Part shown: positions 11,434 to 24,200 of the stretch, one piece after another
Numbering within the stretch: position 1 is the stretch's first letter
Layout: every line of letters starts with the position of its first letter
DNA from: Tubiluchus corallicola
Lineage: Eukaryota > Animalia > Priapulida
NCBI GenBank assembly: GCA_030141605.1
Contig: JAQGDQ010000428.1
Location: forward strand, 135,337 to 199,336
Direction: 5' to 3'
DNA: 64,000 bases
Program-made: the position numbers and the translations under genes
Notes under the pieces: generated by a model
What the model saw: the letters and a program-made list of their open reading frames with translations, nothing else
Database searches by the model: none
What the model was told of the DNA's origin: nothing

Positions 11434-14400
11434 ATGGGGTGCTGTTGTAGCTCAGAAGATGATAAATTGTCGCAGGTGACAATTTTAATAAAATTAATTC
11501 ATAACTTTTGTTGCACCGTACCGGTGTAGTACACCTGGACAGTGGATGTAGTAGGATTGGTGTTTTAGTATAAGTGTGGTAGATGAGTCATGAGGAAAAC
11601 AAAGAAGTGTTAGATAGAAACATAAATAAAATAGATGATAAATTACGTTGTATGGTTGCATGTCGGTGGTTAAAAAGTCTGATAAAATTTAATGTAAGAA
11701 TGCTTTGTCAGTACTGGTGGGGTATAGTGTAATATAATCATTTTGTAATATTTTTTCATTGATTAATGGCAGTCATATTTCACCAATTTGCATATGCTAA
11801 AATTTTGTTTATCGTCAATAAAACACATGAGGCTGACCTATGGTTAGTCTGAAGTACATTATGAGGATATGGGGATGATAACACAGCAGGACCTCAATTA
11901 CCTGGATGAAATAACAAAAACCACAATTGACAATATATATTCATTTCAACATGAAGACTTTAATACTATATTGATGCAAAAGATTTTATGGTTGTTCTGC
12001 ACAGGCTAATCTCTCTTGTTTCTCATGTTTTCTAGAAGAGTATCCTTTTTACATTTTTTACAGAAAAGTTAATTAAAAACTGCCCTGAATGAAATTTGCG
12101 GCCATTGGAATATTTAACTGCAATAGCGTGAGTAATGTACGCCAGGGCACATTAAAGGAGTGCGAGCTTATGATAAGGAAATTAAAATGAGTAGTTAAAA
12201 ATAACGAGCTGACTTGGAAATAGGCCTGTAAACTAGGTGTGTTAAATGTGATAGCTGAATATACAAATATTTTGATTGAAAAACAAACATAAAACACGTA
12301 TTTAATGGCATGGTAAGAGTCTTGACATCTGATACAGAGTACCACTATATATGACACAATCTGCAAGAAATATGTATCTAATTATAGACAAACGACTAGT
12401 CACAGTAGGAATAACCAAGCTGTTCGCCCCTCGTGATAAGCTATGCTGTGTTTACTACAGCAAATTAATGGGAGGAAGAATTATATACCCTTTTCTTCAG
12501 ACTCGCAAAATGTTGCGTGTGCTGAGTAATCTATACTTATGGTTTGATATTCACCACCATCAGTCCCTCACCTAAATTACAGTTTTCCAGTTTACAGGCT
12601 GTTAATTTGCAAAAGCATTGGCATTCAAAATTTGACAAAGCATATTGAAAATTGGCATTCAAAATGTGTTTTAACTTAACAGACTCCCTGAAAATTTCTA
12701 AGCTGTTTTTAAATTGTATTTGTAAGTAAAAGCAATATTTTCTGTACTCCAGGATGGTGAACCTGATGAAAGAACAAGGTTGATGCTTCCTAATCCAGTG
12801 AGCAATAATCATGCTAATCACAAGTTAGTATAACAAAAACTTGAATAAACATGCATCTGAATGATATAAAAAGAGTTGTAAGAGCATAATGTCAGAATGA
12901 TTACCAAAAGTGTTGCTTTGTTTTTGATGGCGCAGTTTTCATTTTATTGAATAGACTGAATCACTGCATGGTTGTTTTATATAAAACTTATTGACAAGTT
13001 GCGCATGTAATACATCAGAAGTATGTCAATTTATGTCACTGATATTAAAATTTACTTAGCCATGTTAAGCATGCCAGTTCTTGACATGCTGTGTCTGATT
13101 CAGATAAAATTTGAGAAATATTTAAGTTTGATCAGACCTATGTCCTATATACTGTGTTCAAATTTACTTGTGCAAAATTCAGGAAAATTCATGCTGACAG
13201 AGTAGAAATGTGTTAACTACAAGAAGCGTTCTAAAGCTAAACTGCTTAAACTAGGCACTTGAAAGGCTAAAAATATACGAGAAAATATATGACTAAATTG
13301 CATTGACCGACCTATGACACCTGGTTTTTATACTTCGTCTCATTGCATGCTGGTCAGTTTTCAATGGTAGGGCAAATAAATATGATGTTTGTGGCATGAT
13401 GTTTATCAAGTTTAGTCCTCTATGATGAGCTACTGAACCAGCAGAGGTCTAGCACTATCAGCTCTCACGCCAGTGAATTGTATGTGATATTATGTGAAAA
13501 CTAGCAGCCTTTGATCTCAATAATTTAGGACCTCCGATTTTCTGGATCGTGGAAAACGGACAGAAATGAAACCGGCCATCTGAAATGGAAAAGCTGTGAA
13601 AAACTGGATTTGTCAGATTCCTGACTTTGCTGTAAATTTACTTCGCACTAGAGACAAAATTTACTTCACTTGTTACTTTCCTGCAAAATTTAAGCAGTTG
13701 TATGATTCCTGCAAAATTCAGCCGTTCACGATCTTGATAGAAGCACTCCATCAATATTTACTTTTTTATGCAACTTGCACACCCACTACGTCTTTTTATT
13801 CCATTTGTTTTTGCGTTTGCCACAAGAAATCCTTACCAGCACCTTGTAGCGAATAGCAACACCGTGCACGAAACGGATTCTCATTTTCACACAAACAACA
13901 TGTGGCCATGACTTCAAAGTTATTTACATTTATTTTTTAAAATTTGTTTGAAGTTTATCCCTTTGATCAGAATTTAGTCTGTTTAGTTTTTTTAACTGGG
14001 CGATGAACGTTCTTTTTCTAATTATAAGCATTTTCTCAATGACAGGAATGAGTCTTTAACAGATGATCACACCAAGCAGTTAATTATGTTGTATTATAAT
14101 GGCAATGTAGAAGACAGATTCCTTGCAAAGCAAAATAAATGTTTAAAAAATGCAAATTAAATGTTGGTGTTATTATATTAAGAAAAGCTAAGAACATCTT
14201 AAAGAAAGCTAAGGAAAGCTATATATCCGATGGACTATAGCTTATTTCATATTAATTTTTTTATTTACAATCTATCACACATTATGTAATTTGGTGATAA
14301 ATATTAGTTATAGGGCCTCCTAACTTCTAATTTCTGTGAAGCGGAATTGAAATGAAATTTGGAACGGAAAATTGGAGGTCGTAATATTTTGTATAAGTGA

Positions 14401-17400
14401 TTCACTTAAATGTTTTCCTAAGTTGCGTTTTTGAACAGTGTTTTCTTGTCTTAGTGTGTTGAGAATCGTTTCATCTACAGGGCTGCAAAAATTTCAAATG
14501 ACTTTGTCTTTTTTAGTGACAGCTATGGCAGCATGCCATCATCGTATACACAGCAACCAGATGATCAATCCGCTTTGAGCAGAATTCTCATTCAGACGGC
14601 TAAGTAAGTGTTCAACATTATTTAGTCTATTAACCACTCACATTTAATTTTGTGTATCAGCTTTAAAAGCATGAGTGTGTAGATCAAACTAAAAGCTTAT
14701 TCATAAACGTAATTTCCAGATTATTGGATTACGATAGAAAAAATCAGTAGCATTTATTATATCAGTGCCATGTTATAGTGTCGTACAAAAATAATTTCAA
14801 ACATGCCGAAAATGCTTTTGAAGGCCTTGCTACTAAATTATTGGTGTTTAGGTACGATTAACATTTTTAGGTAAAGATTTTAATGGTATCATGAAAATAT
14901 ATTGGTGTACCTGTGCTTCATCTTTAACTGCATCAGTACATTACCTCACAGTTATAATCAAGGTCAGATTATCCACAAAAACAGTACACTAGTGTCTAGA
15001 AAAGATAGCCCATTAAGATTTACAAAAGTGGCAAAAATTGCACTCTATGTATTTAGGTTTCTACTCCCGACTAGTAGCTATGCGCACTATTCATATCTCT
15101 TGGTTTAATGTTTGGTTTGTTGTTAATTTAGCAATGTCATAGATGTGTCATCAATTGATTCACATAATGTAGAACAACACGAGTATGCAGATAGGGCTTC
15201 ACAATATAGGTAAGTTATATTTTACTGTACATATAAGAAGAAATAAAGTGTGATGGTCATCAATTCCACATGATATATCATTAATGTTGAGCAAGTCACT
15301 TTTAACAAGAGATGTTTCTGCTGCACGGACCTGTCAAGGAAATTGCTTAAAAGTTAAAATTAAATTAAAGTTTTGCAAGTGTATATCCCCCAAAACCGCA
15401 TAATGTTGTTGTTTTATACCCAATGAAAAACCCACCCAAGCCTAGCCAAAAATACAAGCAGTGCGAAACATCTGAGTTTTCAAAAACAATCTTGTAAAAA
15501 ATTTTGTAACTTATTGGTACGTCATCATCATACGCCCATTACGTCAATTGTAAACATTGGGCAGGCAGAATTCTAAAGTAAAAGAAATTCTCCCTCATGA
15601 CAGATAAACACAGCAGTAATCCAGCAAAAAACTAAACACTGCTATGCCATTAACATTAACTAAATACTTAACATTAGTTGTGATAATCATACATACACTG
15701 AACTATGGCATATCTTGTTCATGATATTAGCATACTACAGCAGAACACCCACAGTAGTTAGTGTCCAGCTGCTATCATCTCCCTACCGCTTTGCCAATGC
15801 AGTTTTATTCATTCTAGAGTTTGAAGATTTAAAACTCCCGTTTCTTCTTCATTTTTTTGCTCACATTGTTACATATAATGCATTTCATACATTGTCTTAA
15901 TTTATAAAGATGCCTAGTTTCACCATCTACATGATCACATTGTAGTTAATTTTCTAATATTATCGTGCGTGCCAATTTGTAAATTCTTGCTATTTGCAAA
16001 TAAAATGTTTTTTTTCAGTGCAAAATTGACATCGGTGTGTCATAGTGCTAGTGTGCTCAACAAACTAAGAAGGCCAGTTGTACTGGTTGATGTCCCAGCT
16101 ATAGACAGGGTCCTTACTGAAGAACCAATATCAGTATCTGATGTACATTTGGTAAGTATTTAACACTAAGCACTTGTTTATTATTGTTTTAGTATTTGTT
16201 AAGATGATGAAGATGAAAGTATTTTGTTAAGACAAAAAATGAACACTTAAAATATGAATCGAATCAATAAATTTAATAGCTGTCTCCTGTCTAACAACTG
16301 GATACTTACTGATTTGTCTGTCTTTAATTTTCTGTCATCATTTAGTAGTCTTTTGAATTTATTTTATGCAATGTGACAGAACTAACTTCAGTTTCACCTA
16401 CATTTCCATTGTATATTGACGCTAGCAAAAACTTACTTTTAAAATGTAATTATTAACTCTTGATCCTAGTTTTAGATTTTTTGCCTAGCGTCTTTTAAAA
16501 ATCAGAGAATATTTGCTGCTTTTGCTTTTGCCAATACGTATCTGACAGATTTCTACGAGTTCACATGTACTGCATTGTTGATTCGGGAACTAATTATTAC
16601 AATAAATCAGCAAAATAGCAGTTTTCCGTGATAAGTATCGTGGTTTTCTTCCAAAAAAACGTTATGTACAGTGGTGCAAAATTTTGGGTGTTACCAGCCT
16701 AATGATGACATTTGTAAACTGTGTTGGTATTTTTGGTATCCAGCTAATATTAAACATTGCTAAAAGCATGTAACCGGCACTAGCTTAGTCATTTTTGAAA
16801 TACACTTAGAAATAAACATTTTACACATATTAGACTTGTTGTGCTCCTTACAACTTTAATTGCTATATGTAGTGTTTTACATAAACTTCACTTTTTTGGC
16901 ATACCAAAATAAAAATATATGCTTGTGTCATCTGCACCATATTGCATAAAATGCAATTTGTGTTATGGTGTGTTTAGAGCAAACATGTCATTATTGCATT
17001 ATGGAGCTTGAGGGCTCTTACATATGAATTTGGAAGGTAAATTAGACTTCTTTAAAGCGTTTTGGTTTTTGCATAATTGTATCGTGGTAAATACACCACA
17101 ATTTAAAGACTGCATGACAGTGTAATAAGTGACAACCTAATGAAACCTTTAAGTACGATAAAGTAATCAAAATTTTTGATGCTGCCATCAGTACTGCTCA
17201 GAGGCAGAGTGGAACCATGCTATACATCTACCACCATGTCATCCTGCATGTTAAAGTAACTAGCAAGATCAACATCAGTCTATGCAAAGTAGTGCTGTAT
17301 TAAAGCCTTTAAGTAACCTTACTATAAAACTAACCCTCAATCTTCTTCATTGAAAGAGATATAAAATGCGACTATTTCAGTTTTTTTGCCAATTTAATGT

Positions 17401-17552
17401 TGAAGTATAATTGATCAAAGCAAATAACTGCAATTTTGTAATCATTTTAATTTTTTCAGATATCAGCAGTATCAGATCAAGCAGCCGCTGCTGTGAAAAA
17501 GGTTACTGTTACACATAAGGAAGACCTTGTTGTTAATTTTGGCATTCCGTAA
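11434..17552 (+). CDS. LAMTOR1: Ragulator complex protein LAMTOR1 (p18), complete, 167 aa
   Basis: Exons 11434-11475, 12753-12823, 14517-14603, 15132-15209, 16019-16151, 17460-17552 (504 nt, phases consistent). Protein: MGCCCSSEDD...DERTRLM...DDQSALSRILIQTANNVIDVS...EQHEYADRASQYS...HKEDLVVNFGIP*, with the typical LAMTOR1 acylated N-terminus and C-terminus. Confidence 0.96.
13527..14382. mobile_element. Non-autonomous TIR element (hAT/P-like) in a LAMTOR1 intron
   Basis: TIRs AGGACCTCCGATTTTC / GAAAATTGGAGGTCGT; flanks AATAATTT / AATATTTT (8-bp TSD, 1 mismatch); subterminal GGAA repeats. Confidence 0.6.
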
Positions 17553-19530
17553 GATGACATTCAAGCACTGTATATTCGTTATATTACATGAACGTAAGAA
17601 TGAAAGTTAATCACATGTGATTTCATAGCAAAGCCTGTCAAATGGTTTTCTGGTAGAAATATTTAGCATCATTTATTGTAGTTCCTACAGCAGAAACCAC
17701 TACTGTAAAATTTCTTGGAAACATAACTACAGTGCTTCTAAATGGTTCGCTTACTTGCATTTACTGTGTGTTTTTACAAAATAATCATTAATTTTGCTTA
17801 AGCCATGTTTAATTATTTAATAACCTATGCCATATGTAATGTAAACCTACCATTATTTTTAGAGTAAAAATACCCCAAGGGTGATGTATGCAGTTGTCTA
17901 GTATTGCACATGTGTGAGTGATACATTGAGTCAAGCTTGCACACACAATGTTTTGTAGCTGTATGATATTAACTTACTACTGAAGTATCGGAAAGATTAG
18001 TAATTGCTGCTACTTTTCTAGATTGTTGTTCAGTTTAGTATAGAGACAGGATTTATGTTTTTGTCAAGCTAATTCATACATTGACAAAAATGTAATTGTG
18101 TTTTATACAACTTTTATTATGTCAACACTCCACCCACATTCAAAGTAAATTATATCGAACAGTTTGTTGCAGACTTACCTTTGGTGCGGTAAATCAGGTC
18201 ACTTCTTATTCAAAATGACATTATTACACAGTAATTAGGTAGACTGCCTTTGGCACAAGTGTTAAGCAAGCTAATTGATTCACTTATTTATTAGTTGTTT
18301 GGAACTGTTTTGGTGCATAGTATGTTTACGAAAGTCATCAGTGGTGTGTTGCCAAAAGAAACAAGCTTAAAAATAATCTGCTATTAAAGTATTTATTGTA
18401 TTACTGAATGACAGTAAACTGTGATTGCCTCTGGTGCAAAGTGTCTCCTGTAAGACAAACCATGTATATTATCTTAAGCCACTTCAAACATGAATTTTCA
18501 ATTGTTAAGCTTTACTTAACAATGTCTGTAATCATAATGTCATGAGCTCTGGTCATTTTCAGTAAGGCTTACTTTACAGTAGAAACTGTTTATGACTCTA
18601 AATTATGTTATAGTCCTGTACTGCATTAATTGTTACTCTTTGTCAGTTAGTGCAACGTTTAAATAGGACCTTTTAACATTATAAATGTAGAGATTTTGAA
18701 TTTTGATTTTTGGGGTCTACAAAGAATGTTATGAAATTGAACAGTGTGCTTTTCAGTAAACTGTAAATGTGAAATTGTATTATTAATATTGATTAATGAA
18801 ATGTGTTTTTCATTTTGTTGTTCCTGGTTTTCTTTCGCATTATACCAAGTTAGTCTAGAAGATGGTGAATGTTTGCAAAATCTTTATTTACATTTCTTCT
18901 CATCAATGTGCAACTAACTGCAAAGATATTTATTAAAAAACTGCCTTTACAAAAACACTAAATATTTCTGCATATCTTTCTGCTTTTAGGGTACAAAAAA
19001 AATTAAAGTAAAAATTTGGATTTACACAGTTTTATGATTTAGAAGTCTGAATGTGCATCGTTAACTTTATTATTTCATCAGTTGGCAAGTATATTATAAA
19101 TTAATTAGATAACAAAAGCATTTCTCAAACTAAAAATAAAAAGCAGACATTAGGTCTCAAAAATTGTAAGCAACAAAAAATGTGCATTTATACATTTATC
19201 ATTATGGTTCTCCATTGTCAGTTCAAATTCAGTGAGTTAGGAAAACAGCACAGTGGCTAGTGTGTGTGCTTGGTGGACAAAGTTAAGCAACAAACGCTGC
19301 TGCACTCCAGCAGAGTTGTGAACTGTGAAATCAATTACTAGAAAAGCTAATCTATATCAATTATTTCATTAAACTCGCATTAATGTTATCAACATAATGG
19401 TTTAATACATCTATTTTGTTTGCTTGACATGTATAAATAAATAAATACATATATAAGTATATATAAAAATTTAGTAAGACTATTATAATAAGTAAATTTC
19501 CTTACACATATTCATCAAATAAAGCACAAT

Positions 19531-19940
19531 TGACGTCAAACATAGTGGTCTATCGCTTCGCCCCCGCTGCAACGTCGGCATGCTCAGCGGCATTCGGGGC
19601 AACAACTCGCACTAAAAAACAACTGTCTAAACTAAACTAAACAGCATGACAGTCACAACTAATGTCTAATCAGCTGATAAACTGGTTGCACTTTTTCATT
19701 AATACAAATTTGCAGAGCAGCAACTATGTTTAAACGAAATTAACACTTCAAGTAGCCAAAAAATGACTTTTCAATTTAAACAGAATGTAGAGACGAAGTT
19801 TCAAAGCACTTAAAATACAGAGACAAGCATAATAAAGAAACTATGCCAGTTAGCCTTGCTTTACAATAAATGAGCAACAAAAATATTAAGTCTCTCTTGC
19901 CTTTAAACATACGAACATCGTGCCTGCAATGTATTTTTTC
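19531..19940 (+). repeat. Interspersed repeat (unclassified transposon fragment), inverted partner of 59215-59636
   Basis: Long near-identical blocks, e.g. AAACGAAATTAACACTTCAAGTAGCCAAAAAATGACTTTTCA and GCCAGTTAGCCTTGCTTTACAATAAATGAGCAACAAAAATATTAAGTC, occur reverse-complemented at 59.2-59.6 kb. Confidence 0.85.
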
Positions 19941-21221
19941 CATATTAACTGACCATGTGCCCGTCTGCAAGATCTATTGTTTTTGTACTTTTCCGTTTGT
20001 CAGGCTACGGAAATAGAATAAATTTGACTGTTCCATTCCATAGACGACCCTTATATTGAATGCCCGAGTCACATAAGTCTCAATGGCATCTTTTAACTTT
20101 GATTATAACCAGAAAAATAGCGTAAAATTAGCTAATATTACTTTGATGTATAATATAAGTTTTGACCTCATTTGAATTGATTTTGACTGTAAAGATCTCA
20201 TTGAGGTTTATAAAAACTGGCCAGAAAAGATTTAAAGTTATTTAAAGCTAATCAAATAGTTGTTTTTATCTAACTTGCAAAGTCATAAACTAAACTAAAC
20301 TGCAACTTTTTTCTTGATTGCAAAATGGTTTAATCAGCAACTCATAGACGTAAGCGTTGTGCATTTCTTCCTATAAACGAAACTAGACTATATATTTCTA
20401 CTAATTCGTTTCCAATTTCAATCGACAATAATAAAATCTAGAATCAGGCCAATGAAATAACTAATGAAAAGTTGAGCATTTTTCATAACAGTGTTAGACG
20501 GAGCTGTAGCTGAATGTCCCGAACGTACCTGCTGCAGGGGTGTGTGAAATAACTTGCATGCTGATTGGGCAGTCAAAGAAAATGACTGACATTATGTTAG
20601 ACATCAATTGTTAAACTAACACATCTGTTGCGGAACTGGTTGTTACTCTTTGTAGACGATAGTCCTTTAATATTTTTGCAGCTGGTGTTATACTATTATT
20701 ACTGATAAGTATATATTAAAAAATAACAATATCATTTAATACTGTTTATCAATGTTAATAAGAATCATAAATTCACGATTAAATAGAGTAAGTGGTCCCC
20801 TGCCATAGTCACAAAAGTATGAGAATTTAAATGTTTTATATTTATGTTAAGTTATGTTTATGTTCAAAATACACAAAAGAAAACTATTTGGCAACTTGAA
20901 ATATTTGACTGCTTGAAAATTTCTGATGACATCAAATCTTTCGCTCGTATTTTCATTTCAGCTCTTATTTGTATATTTAATTTCCGGTGCATGCATAAAT
21001 TTCATAAATGTGAAGAAATAGCGAAACCTGAATGCACGGACTTTTAGCTAAAATAACATACTGGCTAAGCTTACTGAACCATACGGGGTCATTTTCCAAA
21101 ATGCATGTAAAAATGTCGATAGCTAGGTACACATGTATCGCACAATTACATAATTCATGGACTATTTAAAATTGAGAACACAATTACACTTGCAAAAACA
21201 TATATATAAACAAAGTCAAGG

Positions 21222-24200
21222 CTATGACGTGGGAAAAATCATTTCTTGGGAGCTGCTTGCTTTATTCTGCTCAACATTTGATGCTGTATAAAGTTTCTCT
21301 TCTATGTTGAAGCCCATCAGATCTTTTCGTGTTATGACACCTTTTACAGAATTACTGTTGTCAACCACCACAAGGTGCCGAAGCCCAAGCGTTCGAAAAA
21401 TTATGTACGCTCTGTGCAGAGAGAAGTTTTCATGTACAGACATTGCTGATTGGTTCATATATGGAACCTGTAAGTATCAAATCTCAATCTAAATTCATTA
21501 CAAAGCTGATGTCTAATGGGATCCAAAAGTAAATGTTGTTTTAATAATAACTGTCAATAAATCAATTTTATATTTTAACAGCCCTTTTTATTGCACAAAT
21601 TTTATTAAAAACGATATACCTACCAAATTAACAAAAAGATTTTCGTATTTTTCGTCTTCTGTGAATCTCTGGAGAACATCAGTGAGTGAGTGTGTGTCGA
21701 CTAATTTGTATTTAACAAACTGAAAATGAAACACATGTAGCTAGCAAAACATACGATCACATAATTACTAAAGCAAAAACTGTATTAAAAATTCTCAAGG
21801 TAAATAACTTGCTCTTTATCTGACCCGCTTGTTATTTATGCACAATTTTACCGAGGACTTGGCATAACAAGCAATAGCAACAGTAAGGGGTAAAGCCAAG
21901 CAGAGAACTCGTGCTGCTGCTGTTTATCACAAAGCACACTACTACCCTGAGCTTTTCTTCAAGCCTCTTGTTTGTAGAACTGTCTATCAGAAAACCATTT
22001 CATTATTAACTACAATCACACACTCTTGAACGAGAATGTCATTAAATACAAGGCCCATAAGACACTACACACTTCAACTTCTAATTTTGTTTTAAAATCT
22101 TTGTCTAATCTCGGTAAGTTCTAACAAGAACCAAAAGGGTTTTTGGACAGTTTTTATTTATTTTTTGATGTATAAGCCAGCTTGGTACAAGATTCCTCGA
22201 TCTCCAAATAAAGTTCAGCGAAAATTCAAAGCACCATATGGACCATATTATTAACAATGTAGCTTTATCAAAAAGGAGCAGTGCTGTGAGAGACCTTTTC
22301 AATGCAAGATACCGACTTGCAATTCGATTGGTCTCTAAGGGTCTTGAGAGCCCTGAAGATGATTTCATCAGATTCCTGAAGATGGTATCACCATCATCAT
22401 CATCATATGCCCTCAAGATATAAGCACAGCAAAAAACTAGATGCTGCTATCCCATTGTGCCTTCTCAGCAGTTCTTGTGTCGTACTTCCTTTCAGATTTT
22501 CCTCTAATTAAAAAAAATTGCCTATCTGCACCTATTTTCAAACATTTTCCTTTATTTGTCGAAAAAATATGAAAAATGCAAATTGTATCTAATCCCTAAA
22601 ATATTATTTCTGAACCTCTATTCACATTTTTCACACAACGAAACTTACATCTTGGTAGTCCAAAAATGTTACATCGGTTTGCTCCTGATCAGCGCCGCTT
22701 TCATCCTCAAACAAACTCTCTTGACTCAACAGCAACAATATATCCTTCCTATAACAAAACAGTAAACAGTAGAAAACATTAATAAATGCAATATAATAGT
22801 ATTAGTAATGTATGTTATTTGCACTGGCAATTTATCGGGCTTAGCAGATGAGTTTTTGATTATCAGGACTTTGATATAAAAATTGTCCATCGGTAAAAAT
22901 GAAATTAAATGCTAGTGATAACATAATAGTTTGCAAATTACAACACAACACAACTCAATGTGACATGACACAAGCTAAGATAAGACAAAGTAAGATAACA
23001 ATATAAGATAAGATAAATTAACATAGTATGACATAACGTAATGTAACATAGCACAGCACAGCATGGCAAAGCATAACATAATGCAACGTAACGTAACATA
23101 AGGTAACATAACATAACATAAGATCATCTAATGTAACATACCATAAGATAACATAACATAACATGACGTGACGTGACATAACGTAACATAATGTAACACA
23201 ACATAACACGCAGAAAACTTTACATCCTGACCTCTTTTACTGCTTTGGAATTGACACTGGGAAAGATAGTCAATGCATAATATAAAACTGGCGAAAGAGC
23301 TGTATCATAGAATTTCTAGTTAGCACGTAGGTTTCTCATTACACGCACAAATTAGTGACACAAAACAATTGTGTATTTGTCCATTTTTAGAAACACTTGA
23401 TACCTTGTTATTAAACCGAGGAAAACTTGTCGATCATGCGCATCTACATCAACTACGGGAAAACCGCCGTGCTGAGTGTATAACAGCAGAGATGCTAAAT
23501 TATGAACTTTCTCTTTTTTAAAGAATACAACAGCAGGAGCTGACATCACATCTCTTGCACAATATAGTTCAAGATTCATTCTAAAAAAATAAAAAATACT
23601 TAACATTTTAATGGCCATGTTTCGTATCAATATATCGTTAAAGTTTACTTAATCTGTGAGAACTGAAATTAGATTGAATTTTGCAACACTTCAAGTCGTT
23701 CATTTACAGTAGGTACTAATTAACTAAAGCTCTTTAGCCTCATTTGTTTTACTGTAGGTAATAAAACTGCTATCAAATGAAACAAATATTATGCTGAACT
23801 GTTACAGCGACCTCGAAATAAAGTATAAACAGCTTTTGTATCGATTCGTTTGAGCTAGTTTCTCAACTTCAGTTCAGTCTGTCATGTGCAGCTGCTATTG
23901 CTCACAATGAACTTATGAAAGGCGCACTATACGTTAAGTCAGCTCACTTATCTATGCTACAAATTAATGGTACAAATACACTGGAGATGATACAGTATCT
24001 ACATCATTGGCTCATGCTTTCGGGGTTCTCAGAGAAATTAGCTGCTTTTGTCTTTGTGCACATGAGCAGGATCAAATCAGTGGTAGTGTTTCTCAAAGTT
24101 GTGTAGCATTCTCCACTTTGTTTCTACTACTGTTTGTCAATATCAGTCAAACTCTTCACACGCTAAGCATCCTGTCTATGCTGATGATATGACTAGTACA

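Noticed and set aside
11108-11522. Possible TIR pair enclosing the first LAMTOR1 coding exon
   Set aside because: The inverted similarity is short and weak with no TSD, and the exon position is ancestral.
13415-13500. Possible box C/D snoRNA (ATGATGA) in a LAMTOR1 intron
   Set aside because: No terminal CTGA box D or terminal stem at the expected distance.
22105-22500. Overlapping ORFs in a CLC intron, possibly a CBS-linker exon or an RTE 3' end with a (GAT)n tail
   Set aside because: Flanking exons join in phase without it, and the LINE similarity is too weak to call.
23398-23403. GTATCA donor as a possible U12 intron
   Set aside because: Lacks the GTATCCTT consensus, and no U12 branch point was seen.
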